A stretch of 64,000 bases of DNA. It comes from Felis catus. Lineage: Eukaryota. The position numbers were made by a program, and so were the translations under genes. Every line of letters starts with the position of its first letter. Within the stretch, counting starts at the first letter, position 1. The DNA lies in assembly GCF_018350175.1 (NCBI RefSeq), contig NC_058368.1:167464001-167528000 (forward strand), written 5' to 3'. Positions 63,751 through 64,000 of the stretch are shown piece after piece. The notes below the pieces were generated by a model. The model worked only from the letters and a program-made list of their open reading frames with translations. It made no database searches and was not told the DNA's origin.

Positions 63751-64000
63751 TAAAATATACATATAACCAGCTTTTATTCCTTTTTCCTTTCTCTTTTGCA
63801 TTTTACACTAAGCAAATAATTTCCTGGCTTTCAGGAAATTGTCATTTTTAAATGCTTACTACCTGATTATATTCATTAAAGATTTCCAAATAGTCCTGAG
63901 TCTAGCAAAGTAGAAATCTTACCATGATTATGTTATTACAGAGCGGAGGAGAGAGAATGTATTTCTCTTACAAAACTTCTATGAGAGTCAATATAATTCC

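Overview
Mammalian, almost certainly felid, genomic DNA. It carries 15 carnivore tRNA-derived Can-SINEs of feliform (SINEC_Fc-type) sequence, most with visible target-site duplications. These sit on a background of decayed MIR, L2, L3/CR1, L1 and hAT (MER45/MER33/MER58-like) relics and microsatellites. I cannot support any protein-coding exon, RNA gene or CpG island. None of the supplied ORFs resembles a protein I recognise, and many are by-products of SINEs or STRs. The window looks intronic or intergenic; weak clues suggest an intron of a minus-strand gene that I cannot name. No new multi-gene system is demonstrable. The most unexplained structure is a pair of related non-repeat modules about 1.1 kb apart (51094-51187 and 52231-52332): they share a 35-bp inverted repeat (31/35) plus further blocks in mixed orientation. 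Other observations: a nested four-SINE stack with a 23-bp micro-inversion, a close inverted pair of young SINEs, a perfect 40-bp tandem duplication, candidate minus-strand microexons and several transcription-factor motif clusters. Old-repeat family calls and boundaries are by eye and approximate.
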